The notes under the pieces are model-generated. The model was not told the DNA's origin. It ran no database searches and worked only from the letters and a program-made list of their open reading frames with translations. 64,000 bases of DNA from a virus: positions 47,272 through 111,271 of the IMG/VR virus record IMGVR_UViG_3300045391_006990; one strand, 5' to 3'. A program made the translations under genes and the position numbers. This document shows, in pieces, positions 39,660 to 47,869 of the stretch. How positions within the stretch are numbered: position 1 is the stretch's first letter; each line of letters starts with the position of its first letter.

Positions 39660-40012
39660 GGACCACCACCTTCCGCTGTGATCGCCAGCTTGCGTACGAC
39701 ACCATCCGAGCTCATCACGCAGATTTCGTCTGTAGTCGTGTCCATCCACAGAAAGCAACCGCTGACAGGTGCAGTGGTTGGGGCGCCCGGCAGCCAGGTA
39801 TTCGAGCTCGCGGGCAGCGGGATGGTAGGCGCGCTCTTGCCGGAGATGGTGAACACATCCGTGCGCAGCGCATCTTCCATGGACTGCGCGACGCCTTCGA
39901 GGCACGTGACACAATCCACCTCGTAGGGTGCGCTGCTGCAGAAGTCAGCCTTCACCTGACTCAAGCCGCAGAAGGTGCGCGCTCTACCTGGAGGGACGTA
40001 GCAAGTAATCAT
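39656..40012 (-). CDS. Zn-finger plus AxxMExAL tag protein with tail-fibre-like C-terminus
   Basis: C..TFCG..VDCVTC..VAQSMEDAL; AGGAG SD. Confidence 0.65.
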   Translation of the reverse strand: MITCYVPPGRARTFCGLSQVKADFCSSAPYEVDCVTCLEGVAQSMEDALRTDVFTISGKSAPTIPLPASSNTWLPGAPTTAPVSGCFLWMDTTTDEICVMSSDGVVRKLAITAEGGGP

Positions 40013-40018
40013 GGGCTC

Positions 40019-40402
40019 CTAGTAGGGTTGGAAGTCGCGCTTACGCTTGGGTGCACTCTTCAGCGTCTTGAAGTAGGTCTCGAGCGTGAGTCGATACGCA
40101 TCGAGTTGTTCGAGCCCTTCGAAGTACCACCAGTAGGCCTTGTACTCGTAGAGCACCCAGTAGGGCGGGTTCTTGTGCTCGTAGCTGACCATGGTCTGCG
40201 TCTTGGTGCGCATGCCATCAGGAAATGGGGTGAACGAGAGCACGGCAATGGACATGGCCTTGGTACGCCACACGCGGTACTGCTGGTTGGCCAGAACGGC
40301 GCCGTGCGTGCCGCGTGTGGTGTAAGGCTTGCCTTTGCCGAAGGTCAGCGCGTCCTCCATGGCTTGCGCGATTTCATCTTCGGTCAGCTCTTCCATGGTC
40401 AA
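40019..40402 (-). CDS. AxxMExAL tag protein
   Basis: N-terminal EDEIAQAMEDAL. Confidence 0.6.
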   Translation of the reverse strand: MTMEELTEDEIAQAMEDALTFGKGKPYTTRGTHGAVLANQQYRVWRTKAMSIAVLSFTPFPDGMRTKTQTMVSYEHKNPPYWVLYEYKAYWWYFEGLEQLDAYRLTLETYFKTLKSAPKRKRDFQPY

Positions 40403-40647
40403 TCCCAGTAGTAGAGTACAAGCTCGCTGGTGTGGCGTCCTTCGTGACCGAATGGGAGCTCGCAGAAGACGGTCTGCCCTTTGTTCGTGAAGTGCATGTG
40501 CTTGCAGCGCAAGTCACGGGCTGGAGTGCCTCCGAGTGCCTGCTCGAGGCGGTCTAGGGCTAGCTCTTCGTTGATCTTACGAGCCCTGCGCTCCTCGAGC
40601 TTCTTGCGCCTCCGCGCCTCGCGCTTGAAGCTGCGCGCGGTAGCCAT
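40399..40647 (-). CDS. basic protein with LDRLExAL variant tag and C2H2 module
   Basis: ALDRLEQAL..C..CELPFGHEGRH..W. Confidence 0.6.
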   Translation of the reverse strand: MATARSFKREARRRKKLEERRARKINEELALDRLEQALGGTPARDLRCKHMHFTNKGQTVFCELPFGHEGRHTSELVLYYWD

Positions 40648-40988
40648 CTACACCCCGAGCTTGAGCCTGGCTTCTTTGATGGACTCGAGCGAGATCCACG
40701 CAGGCTTACGGTACCGTGCAGTGGCAATGTCATTGCAGAACTTATGCCAAGCCTCGGTCAAGATCTTGTGCTCCGTACGTTGCTCCAAGCTGAGCCACAC
40801 GGTGCCGCGGCCTTCGGCTTGCAGCGTCTCGAGGTCGAAGCGCCCTCTTGGTGCGATGAAGCGCGAGTTCTCGTAGTTGTACTCCACCCACTTGCGCCCA
40901 ATCTTGGTGATCACGTACTCGGTAGGCTTGCCACGGTCGAAGTCGTGCTCGACGAAGACATGCTGCCCTACCTTCAGGTTGTGCTTGT

Positions 40989-41366
40989 TCATGATGCCCA
41001 CTCGAAGGCGATGCCTTCACGCTCACACATTTCAGAGAACATTCGGCGCACGGCGATACATTGCCGGTCACCAGGTTTGAGTGCCTTGCGGCACACGTCG
41101 GGGCGCTTTTCGTAGATGGAGCAACTCACTTGGCTACCGATGGAGCCACGCAGCGAGACGCACCTGCAGTCCTCACAGCCTTTGAGCGGGCCCGTCTTGT
41201 TGACCGTTGGCCGTGTACGTATCTCGCTGCGAATGACGTGCAGCTTCACGTAACGTTTGCCCAGAAGCTCTTCATCTTTGGGCGTGAGGTTGACGTAGGT
41301 GTCCTCCCAGGTAAGGGAGGTACAACAGATGCCGCACTTGCGGCAGTCAGGCTTGCGCATGATCAC
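40989..41366 (-). CDS. YkgJ-like CxxCxxCC cysteine-cluster protein
   Basis: CRKCGICC...C..L...CSIYEKRPDVCR. Confidence 0.8.
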   Translation of the reverse strand: MIMRKPDCRKCGICCTSLTWEDTYVNLTPKDEELLGKRYVKLHVIRSEIRTRPTVNKTGPLKGCEDCRCVSLRGSIGSQVSCSIYEKRPDVCRKALKPGDRQCIAVRRMFSEMCEREGIAFEWAS

Positions 41367-41822
41367 TCCAAGTGGTGAGGCCCCACGTGCTTGTAGCGCC
41401 TGAGTTCCTGCGGGGTAGCGCCAGTGAGGCGGCGCTTGGTCGCACCGGCGCTGCGCTCGCTGCGTGCCTTGTCACGGCGCCATTCTTCAGCCTCGGCTTC
41501 GGTAGCCACGTACTGCGTGGAGCCCCACGAAGGGATGTTGATTGTCCACACGGCCACTTCATGAGGGTCGTGCTGCCTTTCAGGATCGAGGTCTGCGTCT
41601 TCCTTGACCAAACCTTCGGCGATTTCGATGAGAGCTACCTCGCCGTCGGCAAAGGGCTCCACAGTGACGCTGGTCGAGCTGAACTTGGGCGCGCGCCAGC
41701 GCGGACAGTCTGCACCGTCCACACGGCTCATGTACGGATGAAAGACAGGGAAGGGCGGCGTGATGCCGTCATGCTTGCGCGCCCAGTTGAGCAGGATGCG
41801 CACAGCACGGATGAGCTTCTGT

Positions 41823-42062
41823 TCATGGGGGTTCATACGAGGGATCACTCCAGGAAATGACGGCCAGCGATGGTGTGACGCACATGTGATCAGTGCCTCG
41901 GTGGCCGCGCTTGAGGGTGCAGCGGTGCCCTTCGGATACCGACTGGCACTGGGCGGTGGCGATGGCCGCTTCGAGTCTGTCGAGCGGCGCTTCGTACTTC
42001 AGGTATTGCTGACGAGCGTGGCGCTTCTTGCGAAGCTCACGCTTCTGTTTTCGGTTTGCCAG
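41823..42062 (-). CDS. paralog of 40399-40647 with a probable CTG start
   Basis: Manual translation (M)ANRKQKRELRKK..PLDRLEAAI..C..CTLKRGHRGTDH..W; GGAGG 9 nt upstream of CTG; no in-frame ATG/GTG/TTG upstream. Confidence 0.55.
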   Translation of the reverse strand: MANRKQKRELRKKRHARQQYLKYEAPLDRLEAAIATAQCQSVSEGHRCTLKRGHRGTDHMCVTPSLAVISWSDPSYEPP

Positions 42063-42427
42063 TTGAGATGACCTCCAACTCCTGTTCTCCGGCGAACTTG
42101 TGCTGAAGCAGCGTTGGGTTGTGGTCAGGTACGTGCTGAAGATCTTCAGGCAGGTCTTCTATAGCTAGGGTAGGCTTCCACACGAAGATGAGCGTATCGG
42201 CCTGTGCGTTGTAGTGGGTCTCTACGAGTTCGCAAAGGTACAGCTTGTCCCTGTTGTCCCTCACCACCGGAGACTCGATCTTGTACCCAATCTTCTTCGG
42301 GTCGGGGTAGGCGTAGTTGCCGTCCTTGCTGTGCGCACACGACCAGTCGCCGAGTGCCATCTGCACTTCGGCTATTGAGCGGGGCAGCGTCGTAACGATG
42401 TAGTTCATTCTCCAAGACATGGGATCC

Positions 42428-42679
42428 TCACACGGGTTTGGTTTCGCTCACGATGACGGTGGGTGGGAAAAGGTCGAGCAGGTTGTACTTCTCAGCCAAG
42501 GTGTAGCTGTTTGCCTTTCGAAACTTCTGCTCTTCGCGAGCTCGTTTAGCTCGGATGTCACGCATGGCGTCCTTCAAGCTGAGCGGACCACGCAACGATT
42601 CTTCCATGCTCTGCGCCGCACGCGCTTCATCAACTACTTGCTGTAGTTCTACTGGGAGCTGTGGTTGCTTAGCAGTCAT
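42428..42679 (-). CDS. AxxMExAL tag protein
   Basis: RAAQSMEESL. Confidence 0.6.
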   Translation of the reverse strand: MTAKQPQLPVELQQVVDEARAAQSMEESLRGPLSLKDAMRDIRAKRAREEQKFRKANSYTLAEKYNLLDLFPPTVIVSETKPV

Positions 42680-43088
42680 CGATAGGGGCGAACAAGCTGG
42701 CGCGAGGCTCTGGTCTGAAGCGGTATTTGGGCTCTAACCCAATCGACTCCCGCAGCCTATTGAATTCCATGATGAGGTCGTCGAGTGCTTTCTCGGAGTC
42801 GAAGTTGGGGTCATCCAAGAAGCGGTAGATGGGGAACGGCAGGAACAGCTGCAGCCACGGTCGCGTCTCGTTGAGGCGCAGGTACAGCGCATCGTCGTAC
42901 ATGTTCATGATGCGCGCGATGTCGGCTGCGTTGAAGAAGAAATAGGTTGGGCGTTGCCAATCACCCAGGTACTGCGCTGTCCACGTACGAGCCTGTGCCT
43001 GCCCTTTATCCCACGCATAGAAGGGCACCAGCACCTTCTCCATGCGGTCTGCCAGCAGATCCTCGAATGGAAAGATGAGCTGGTACAT
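42669..43088 (-). CDS. AxxMExAL tag protein
   Basis: EDLLADRMEKVL. Confidence 0.6.
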   Translation of the reverse strand: MYQLIFPFEDLLADRMEKVLVPFYAWDKGQAQARTWTAQYLGDWQRPTYFFFNAADIARIMNMYDDALYLRLNETRPWLQLFLPFPIYRFLDDPNFDSEKALDDLIMEFNRLRESIGLEPKYRFRPEPRASLFAPIDDC

Positions 43089-43417
43089 CAGTACGGCCTC
43101 AGCTTTTTGGGAGCAACTTCACGCCGACTACGCGCGTCGTCCTCGCGCTCGAGACCAGGGAAGAACCACAAGTCTAGCTCGACTTCCATGTAGTCCCAGC
43201 CGTTTGTCTTTTCTCGGCGTACCTCAACCTCCACCATGGCCGTGTTCGGGTAACGAAAGCGAACCTCTACAGTCGACCCGAACAGACCCTTGTGCTTGCT
43301 CTGGACTTTGTACTCGCTCCAGTCTGTCCAGCCACCGAGCAGCGCCAGCTCCATGCGCTCGGCCATCAAGTCTTCAACGTCTTCGATGATGGCAGCGAGG
43401 TTGTCGAGCTTCTTCAA
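43088..43417 (-). CDS. AxxMExAL tag protein
   Basis: EDLMAERMELAL; C-terminus (VRF..EV..WFFPG.E.E) resembles that of the neighbour 43414-43902. Confidence 0.6.
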   Translation of the reverse strand: MKKLDNLAAIIEDVEDLMAERMELALLGGWTDWSEYKVQSKHKGLFGSTVEVRFRYPNTAMVEVEVRREKTNGWDYMEVELDLWFFPGLEREDDARSRREVAPKKLRPY

Positions 43418-43902
43418 AATGCACTCATCCTGATCTTGGTTGGTTTGCCATTTGCCAGCCTGCCCTCGTACGCCTCACGCACCAGCTTTTCCTTCTCGAT
43501 GCCGGGGAAGAACCATTGGTGGCGTCGTGGGCTGTACAGGCGTGAGTACTCGTCGTTGCCGGTGCCCCAAATGAGCGGGTCCTGTTCAGGCGGTTTCTTC
43601 TTGGGCACGTCGACCTTGAAGAAGCGCACCTCGATGCAAGGATTACCTGTGGCGTAGGTTCGAAAGCGCACCGCACACTTCTGCCCAACGCGGGCTAGTC
43701 TCTCCTCTCCAAAATCCACGTGGTGGTCTGAGCGCAGCGTGTACACGTGCCAACCGTTGGTGAAGAGCGATTCGGTGTGTGCCTCGGGCTTGATGATGCT
43801 GTCACGCACCATCTTGTGTAGGTAAGCCCTCAGCCTTTGGTTGTCCTTCTTCGTGACCGCCCAGCCTGGCGGGAGTCGCTTTGTCTTACGGCTTTGTGCC
43901 AC
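43414..43902 (-). CDS. hypothetical protein
   Basis: VRFR..IEVR..WFFPGIEKE shared with 43088-43417. Confidence 0.55.
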   Translation of the reverse strand: MAQSRKTKRLPPGWAVTKKDNQRLRAYLHKMVRDSIIKPEAHTESLFTNGWHVYTLRSDHHVDFGEERLARVGQKCAVRFRTYATGNPCIEVRFFKVDVPKKKPPEQDPLIWGTGNDEYSRLYSPRRHQWFFPGIEKEKLVREAYEGRLANGKPTKIRMSAF

Positions 43903-44183
43903 CTCTTCATACCCTCCTTGACGCGTACTGATCTTTCCTCGAGCGTGGCGATCAGCCTGTCGGCAGTAGCTGCGGACACGCTGTCGAGCATAAGTCGACC
44001 TCCCGAAGTGGAAGCAGCCGTAGCTGTGCCAGTGCGTAGGCTCACGTCATCCCCAATAGAACGTTGCGATGGTGGAGGCTCGGTGACGGTCAGCGCATCC
44101 TCCATAGCCTGCGCTATAGCAGCCTTCTTGTGGTACCAAGGTTGGTACTTGCGCACGTGGAGCTTCTTCTTGCGCTTACTCAA
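43830..44183 (-). CDS. AxxMExAL tag protein
   Basis: Basic N-terminus then AIAQAMEDAL. Confidence 0.6.
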   Translation of the reverse strand: MSKRKKKLHVRKYQPWYHKKAAIAQAMEDALTVTEPPPSQRSIGDDVSLRTGTATAASTSGGRLMLDSVSAATADRLIATLEERSVRVKEGMKRWHKAVRQSDSRQAGRSRRRTTKG

Positions 44184-44592
44184 TTGAGATCGAAACCTTT
44201 TTCAGCTCGATTATTGGGGTAATGCCAGCGGAGATGTGTAGGTGCTGCTTGAGCTCCGCTTCAAGCAGTACGCTACCGTCTAGGATTAGTTGAACCTTCG
44301 ACAAGATCGCTGACCCCCCTATACACGCAGGGAAGCAGATGGGTCTTACGGTACTGAGAAGTCCGTGGGCGACAGCCCATTGATTCGTGTCACGCGCGAG
44401 GGAAACCCGCGCATAACCAGCGTAGGTCACCTCATTCCCGTCAATATCCAGAAGGCTTGCTGTCATCCCTGTAGTAGGAGTCAGCGCAGCTTCCATGCGT
44501 GCGGCAGCTAAATCACACTCACGCTTTTGCTTAAGTAACGACTCAACCAACTTCCACTGGTGCTTGGCCCACCGAACCGAATTCCTCTTCAT
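44176..44592 (-). CDS. AxxMExAL tag protein carrying a tail-fibre-like domain
   Basis: AAARMEAAL then NEVTYAGYARVSL..W..ICFP pattern. Confidence 0.6.
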   Translation of the reverse strand: MKRNSVRWAKHQWKLVESLLKQKRECDLAAARMEAALTPTTGMTASLLDIDGNEVTYAGYARVSLARDTNQWAVAHGLLSTVRPICFPACIGGSAILSKVQLILDGSVLLEAELKQHLHISAGITPIIELKKVSISIE

Positions 44593-45182
44593 GGTCTGCG
44601 CAGCCGTCCTAGCCCGTAAGCCGGGCCTGTGCCATTGATCTTGCCTCCAATCAATTTAAGGGGAGGTCCGCCGTAGACTGCCGCGAATGATGCGATCTTT
44701 GCGGCGGCGCGCGCTACATCCGCGCTTATGCCATCGGCAACCACCTTCTCGAACACCTGCTCGATGTCGTCCGGCAGCTCATCGCCGTAGCTGCTGAGCA
44801 CCAAGGCCGTGTTTGCTTTGGATTCGCCAAACGCTTGCTCGAGCACGCGCCGCTCGAGCTCAGCGTAGTCCGTACGCGCCAATGGGTCGTCAACGATGAC
44901 GAGCGTACCTGGACCTCCAAGCCGTTGTGGCGTCGGCAGGCCACGCGAAGCGTACCTGTGCTCCAAGGCCATATCTTGAAGCTGGGCGTAGAAGTCGTCG
45001 AGGCGTGGGATGTACTGCAAGTTCGGCTGTGATGAACCTCTGCGCCCAGTGATTGGGCCCAGAGTTTCGAGGTCGAACGCCACCGGATCGAAGCTGAGCG
45101 CCGCCTCCATTGCGTGTGCCTGCGCATCTTCGTACGCCTTGTTGCGCCGTTGATTGCGGGTAAGTCGCTTCTGCCTACGCAT
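44589..45182 (-). CDS. AxxMExAL tag protein that is a mosaic of family A DNA polymerase motifs
   Basis: QAHAMEAAL; VAFDLET; TGRRGSSQPNLQYIPR; DYAELERRVL; RAAAKIASFAAVYGG. Confidence 0.65.
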   Translation of the reverse strand: MRRQKRLTRNQRRNKAYEDAQAHAMEAALSFDPVAFDLETLGPITGRRGSSQPNLQYIPRLDDFYAQLQDMALEHRYASRGLPTPQRLGGPGTLVIVDDPLARTDYAELERRVLEQAFGESKANTALVLSSYGDELPDDIEQVFEKVVADGISADVARAAAKIASFAAVYGGPPLKLIGGKINGTGPAYGLGRLRRP

Positions 45183-45381
45183 TCTTCCTCCTAGCCTTCA
45201 CCCGCTTGGCGTCTTCGAAGCAGGCACGAGCCTCGTCCTTGGATTTACCGGTGGCTCGCATCCAAATCTCCATCAGCGTGGACTCTCCGCTGAGTGCTTC
45301 TTCCATGTCCCGCGCTTGCTCATCAACCGAGGCGGCTCTTTGGTCCCTTGTGCTTGGGTCGGACGACAGGGGTTGTGTCAT
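45175..45381 (-). CDS. AxxMExAL tag protein
   Basis: DEQARDMEEAL; GAGGT SD. Confidence 0.6.
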   Translation of the reverse strand: MTQPLSSDPSTRDQRAASVDEQARDMEEALSGESTLMEIWMRATGKSKDEARACFEDAKRVKARRKNA

Positions 45382-45684
45382 CGTTCACCTCACGTTCACC
45401 AAGAAAGGCCTTAGCACGCAGCACGGTCTCTTGCTCACCACGCGAGATCTTGGCTCCTAAGATGCTGGTGGATTCTGGCTGCAGCTCGATGATGTGTACC
45501 AGCGCCTTGATGAGACTGGGGGCTTCATCGATACGCCAAGTCTCAGCCTTGTAGGCCTTGACCGCCCGAAGCAGCTCACGCGTGGCTTTGGTGTGGATGC
45601 GTGGTGCGCCATCTTCGAGCTCATCCGCCGCAGCTAGCGCTGCACGGATCACACGCTCCTTCAGCAGATTCACGGATGCAGTAC

Positions 45685-46575
45685 TCATTTTCTTAGCTCC
45701 AGGGATTTGACGACTTCAGGGCTCAGGTAGGGGTTGCGGGCGCAAGCATCTTCGATGAGCCGCTCCATGGCCACCTCGAACTTGCCCTTGTCGTCGCGCC
45801 CCTCGGCGCCAACAACGCAGCGGTCGCGCGGATGAAGCTGCAGCTTGGTCTCAATACGCAGGAGCCTGCCTTCCGGAAAGCTCATGGAGCTCGAGCCCGT
45901 CTGATACAGGCCTTGGTAGATGTACAGGTTACCGAGGTCTTTGTTGACGCGCTCGGCATTGGCCTTCGCTGCGGCTACATCCAAGGCGCGGGCGACGCTC
46001 GTCCTGCGACGGTCGTGCTCCCAGCGGCGCAGCACCTCAGCCGGCTTCAGCTCTTGGATCTCGATGACATACGAGGCGTAGTGCACGTCGTATTCGACCG
46101 TCTCCCAGCCAGTCTTACTCACCTCAGGCTCTGGGTGCGCCACACAGAAGGGTTGGCCAGGGGCGATGCCGTTTTGTAAGGCCCACTGCCGCCATGGCTC
46201 ATGCCACTCGTGGTCGTACTCGAAGCAGTCCCCGTCGCCGTAGCTGATGCCCAGCGCCTCCCGCAAATCCAAGTCGCTCAGCCACCAAGGGAACCACTTG
46301 GGCTCCTGCGACGCGGGCCTCAGCTGATTGCCCATGGCGTCCCATTCACCCTCGTCGGTATCCCACGCAGGGCCTTGCCCGATCTTCACCGGATGCAGGT
46401 CGTAGAAGTCACCCCAATACAGGCGGTACCATTCTCGTACCAATTTGATGCCATAGAGGTTTACGGCATCGCTGTCGTAGCGCACGGGTGGGATGAGTTT
46501 GCGCAGCTTCTTGAGCGTGCGACGCGTCTTGGTTGTAGGCACCAACGCTGCTGGAGGCACGGGCTCGCTAGGCAT
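45685..46575 (-). CDS. hypothetical protein
   Basis: Long Trp-rich ORF with WALQNGIAPGQPF; start uncertain. Confidence 0.6.
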   Translation of the reverse strand: MPSEPVPPAALVPTTKTRRTLKKLRKLIPPVRYDSDAVNLYGIKLVREWYRLYWGDFYDLHPVKIGQGPAWDTDEGEWDAMGNQLRPASQEPKWFPWWLSDLDLREALGISYGDGDCFEYDHEWHEPWRQWALQNGIAPGQPFCVAHPEPEVSKTGWETVEYDVHYASYVIEIQELKPAEVLRRWEHDRRRTSVARALDVAAAKANAERVNKDLGNLYIYQGLYQTGSSSMSFPEGRLLRIETKLQLHPRDRCVVGAEGRDDKGKFEVAMERLIEDACARNPYLSPEVVKSLELRK

Positions 46576-46597
46576 GCCATCCCACCACAACTCTGCT

Positions 46598-47476
46598 TCA
46601 CTCAAGCTTTGGCTTCTCCTTTCTTGCTGGCACACGGAAGGTCACGCCCTTGATGAACGTGGGGTCGTTGGCATCGTTGGCGAACTCGATGTCCTCGGTC
46701 GAGTCTTTGCCCACGCGCGTTGTGGTCTTGGTGAAGATGCCACAGCGCCCGCACTCCCAACTCTTCTTGTGAATGAACGGGATGTCGTCGCTGAACAGGG
46801 CTTCGAGCTCAGCCTCAGTCATTGGCTGCGTGAAGTCCTTGATCACCTGCGTCTGCTCTTCACTGTCCTTGCTTTCGCTCCAGCCGTTACAGCGAGGGCA
46901 GTACATGCCTTCAGCCTTGAACGTACCAGCGATCTGCGCCTCGAACTGACTGAGGTCGGTCATGTCGTAGCGCCGTACGATTTCAGCCTTGGGCATCCTG
47001 CGTATTTGCTCGGCAGTGGTAACGAAGATGAGCTTGGCGCGCAGGGAGGCGTAACGCACCTCGTGCTCGTTGACCAAGAAGTCGACGGTCTCACCAGCCC
47101 TTTCCGAGGCCCAGGCGCAGGCGGCATCGATAGCGCGCTCGAGGTGCTCGTTGGCCACGGCGGTGGCGTCGAAGTCTTCGAGCTCGTCATCAGTAGGCGC
47201 ATGCCCTACCGCTTGCTCGACGAGCCAACGTGGGGCGTCGGCGAAGCCCATGAACCTAGGGCTGCTCAGAAAGCGCACTGCCCTCACGTACGACTTGCGC
47301 AAGAGCTTCGTGTACGAGTCGTCGTCCTCACCACCCTTGGGCCTGGTGCCGATGCAGAGCGGAAAGCGCGAGCAGCCAAAGAAGCTGCCTTTGGCGCCGT
47401 GCCGCTCCATCATGGGCACGCCGCATTCAGGGCAGCGCACGTGCGGAAGCAGCACGCGCTGCTTGAACTTACCCAT
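46598..47476 (-). CDS. protein with topoisomerase-type C4 zinc ribbon
   Basis: CPECGVPMMERHGAKGSFFGCSRFPLC.GT; GGAGGAG SD. Confidence 0.7.
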   Translation of the reverse strand: MGKFKQRVLLPHVRCPECGVPMMERHGAKGSFFGCSRFPLCIGTRPKGGEDDDSYTKLLRKSYVRAVRFLSSPRFMGFADAPRWLVEQAVGHAPTDDELEDFDATAVANEHLERAIDAACAWASERAGETVDFLVNEHEVRYASLRAKLIFVTTAEQIRRMPKAEIVRRYDMTDLSQFEAQIAGTFKAEGMYCPRCNGWSESKDSEEQTQVIKDFTQPMTEAELEALFSDDIPFIHKKSWECGRCGIFTKTTTRVGKDSTEDIEFANDANDPTFIKGVTFRVPARKEKPKLE

Positions 47477-47485
47477 CTCTCCTCC

Positions 47486-47869
47486 CTAGCAATCTTCGTT
47501 GACGAGCACACCGCACTCGTCGCAATGGCGGTCGAGCGCTTCCTTGGTGTTACTCCAGAGCGTCATCATGTAGCCACTCAAGTAGCTGAGCCGCGGGTAG
47601 TTGGTAGCCACTGGCTCGTTCTTGAGCGCGCTTTCCATCGCCGGGGCGATTGTGTTGATGCGATGACAACGCCAACACAGGACGCAGCCGTGACTGAAGG
47701 TGTAGCCGATGATCCACGCTGCAGTAGAAAGCACTCCGCCCCATCGAATCTCTCCACAGCCAGTGCATTCCCAGCCACTGTGGTATCGAGGGGGCGGATG
47801 TACTTCCAGGCAAGGTGCCTGGGTCTTGCAATTCGGACAGCGCTGAACCGGCTTGACTTGCCGACTCAT
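47486..47869 (-). CDS. Cys-rich protein with AxxMExAL tag
   Basis: Four CxxC pairs; IAPAMESAL. Confidence 0.55.
   Translation of the reverse strand: MSRQVKPVQRCPNCKTQAPCLEVHPPPRYHSGWECTGCGEIRWGGVLSTAAWIIGYTFSHGCVLCWRCHRINTIAPAMESALKNEPVATNYPRLSYLSGYMMTLWSNTKEALDRHCDECGVLVNEDC

Noticed and set aside
36253-47869. Tag-coding DNA as a CRISPR-like, attC-like or DGR repeat
   Set aside because: Copies differ at synonymous positions, are in frame inside genes and are irregularly spaced. No reverse transcriptase, integrase or cas gene was seen.
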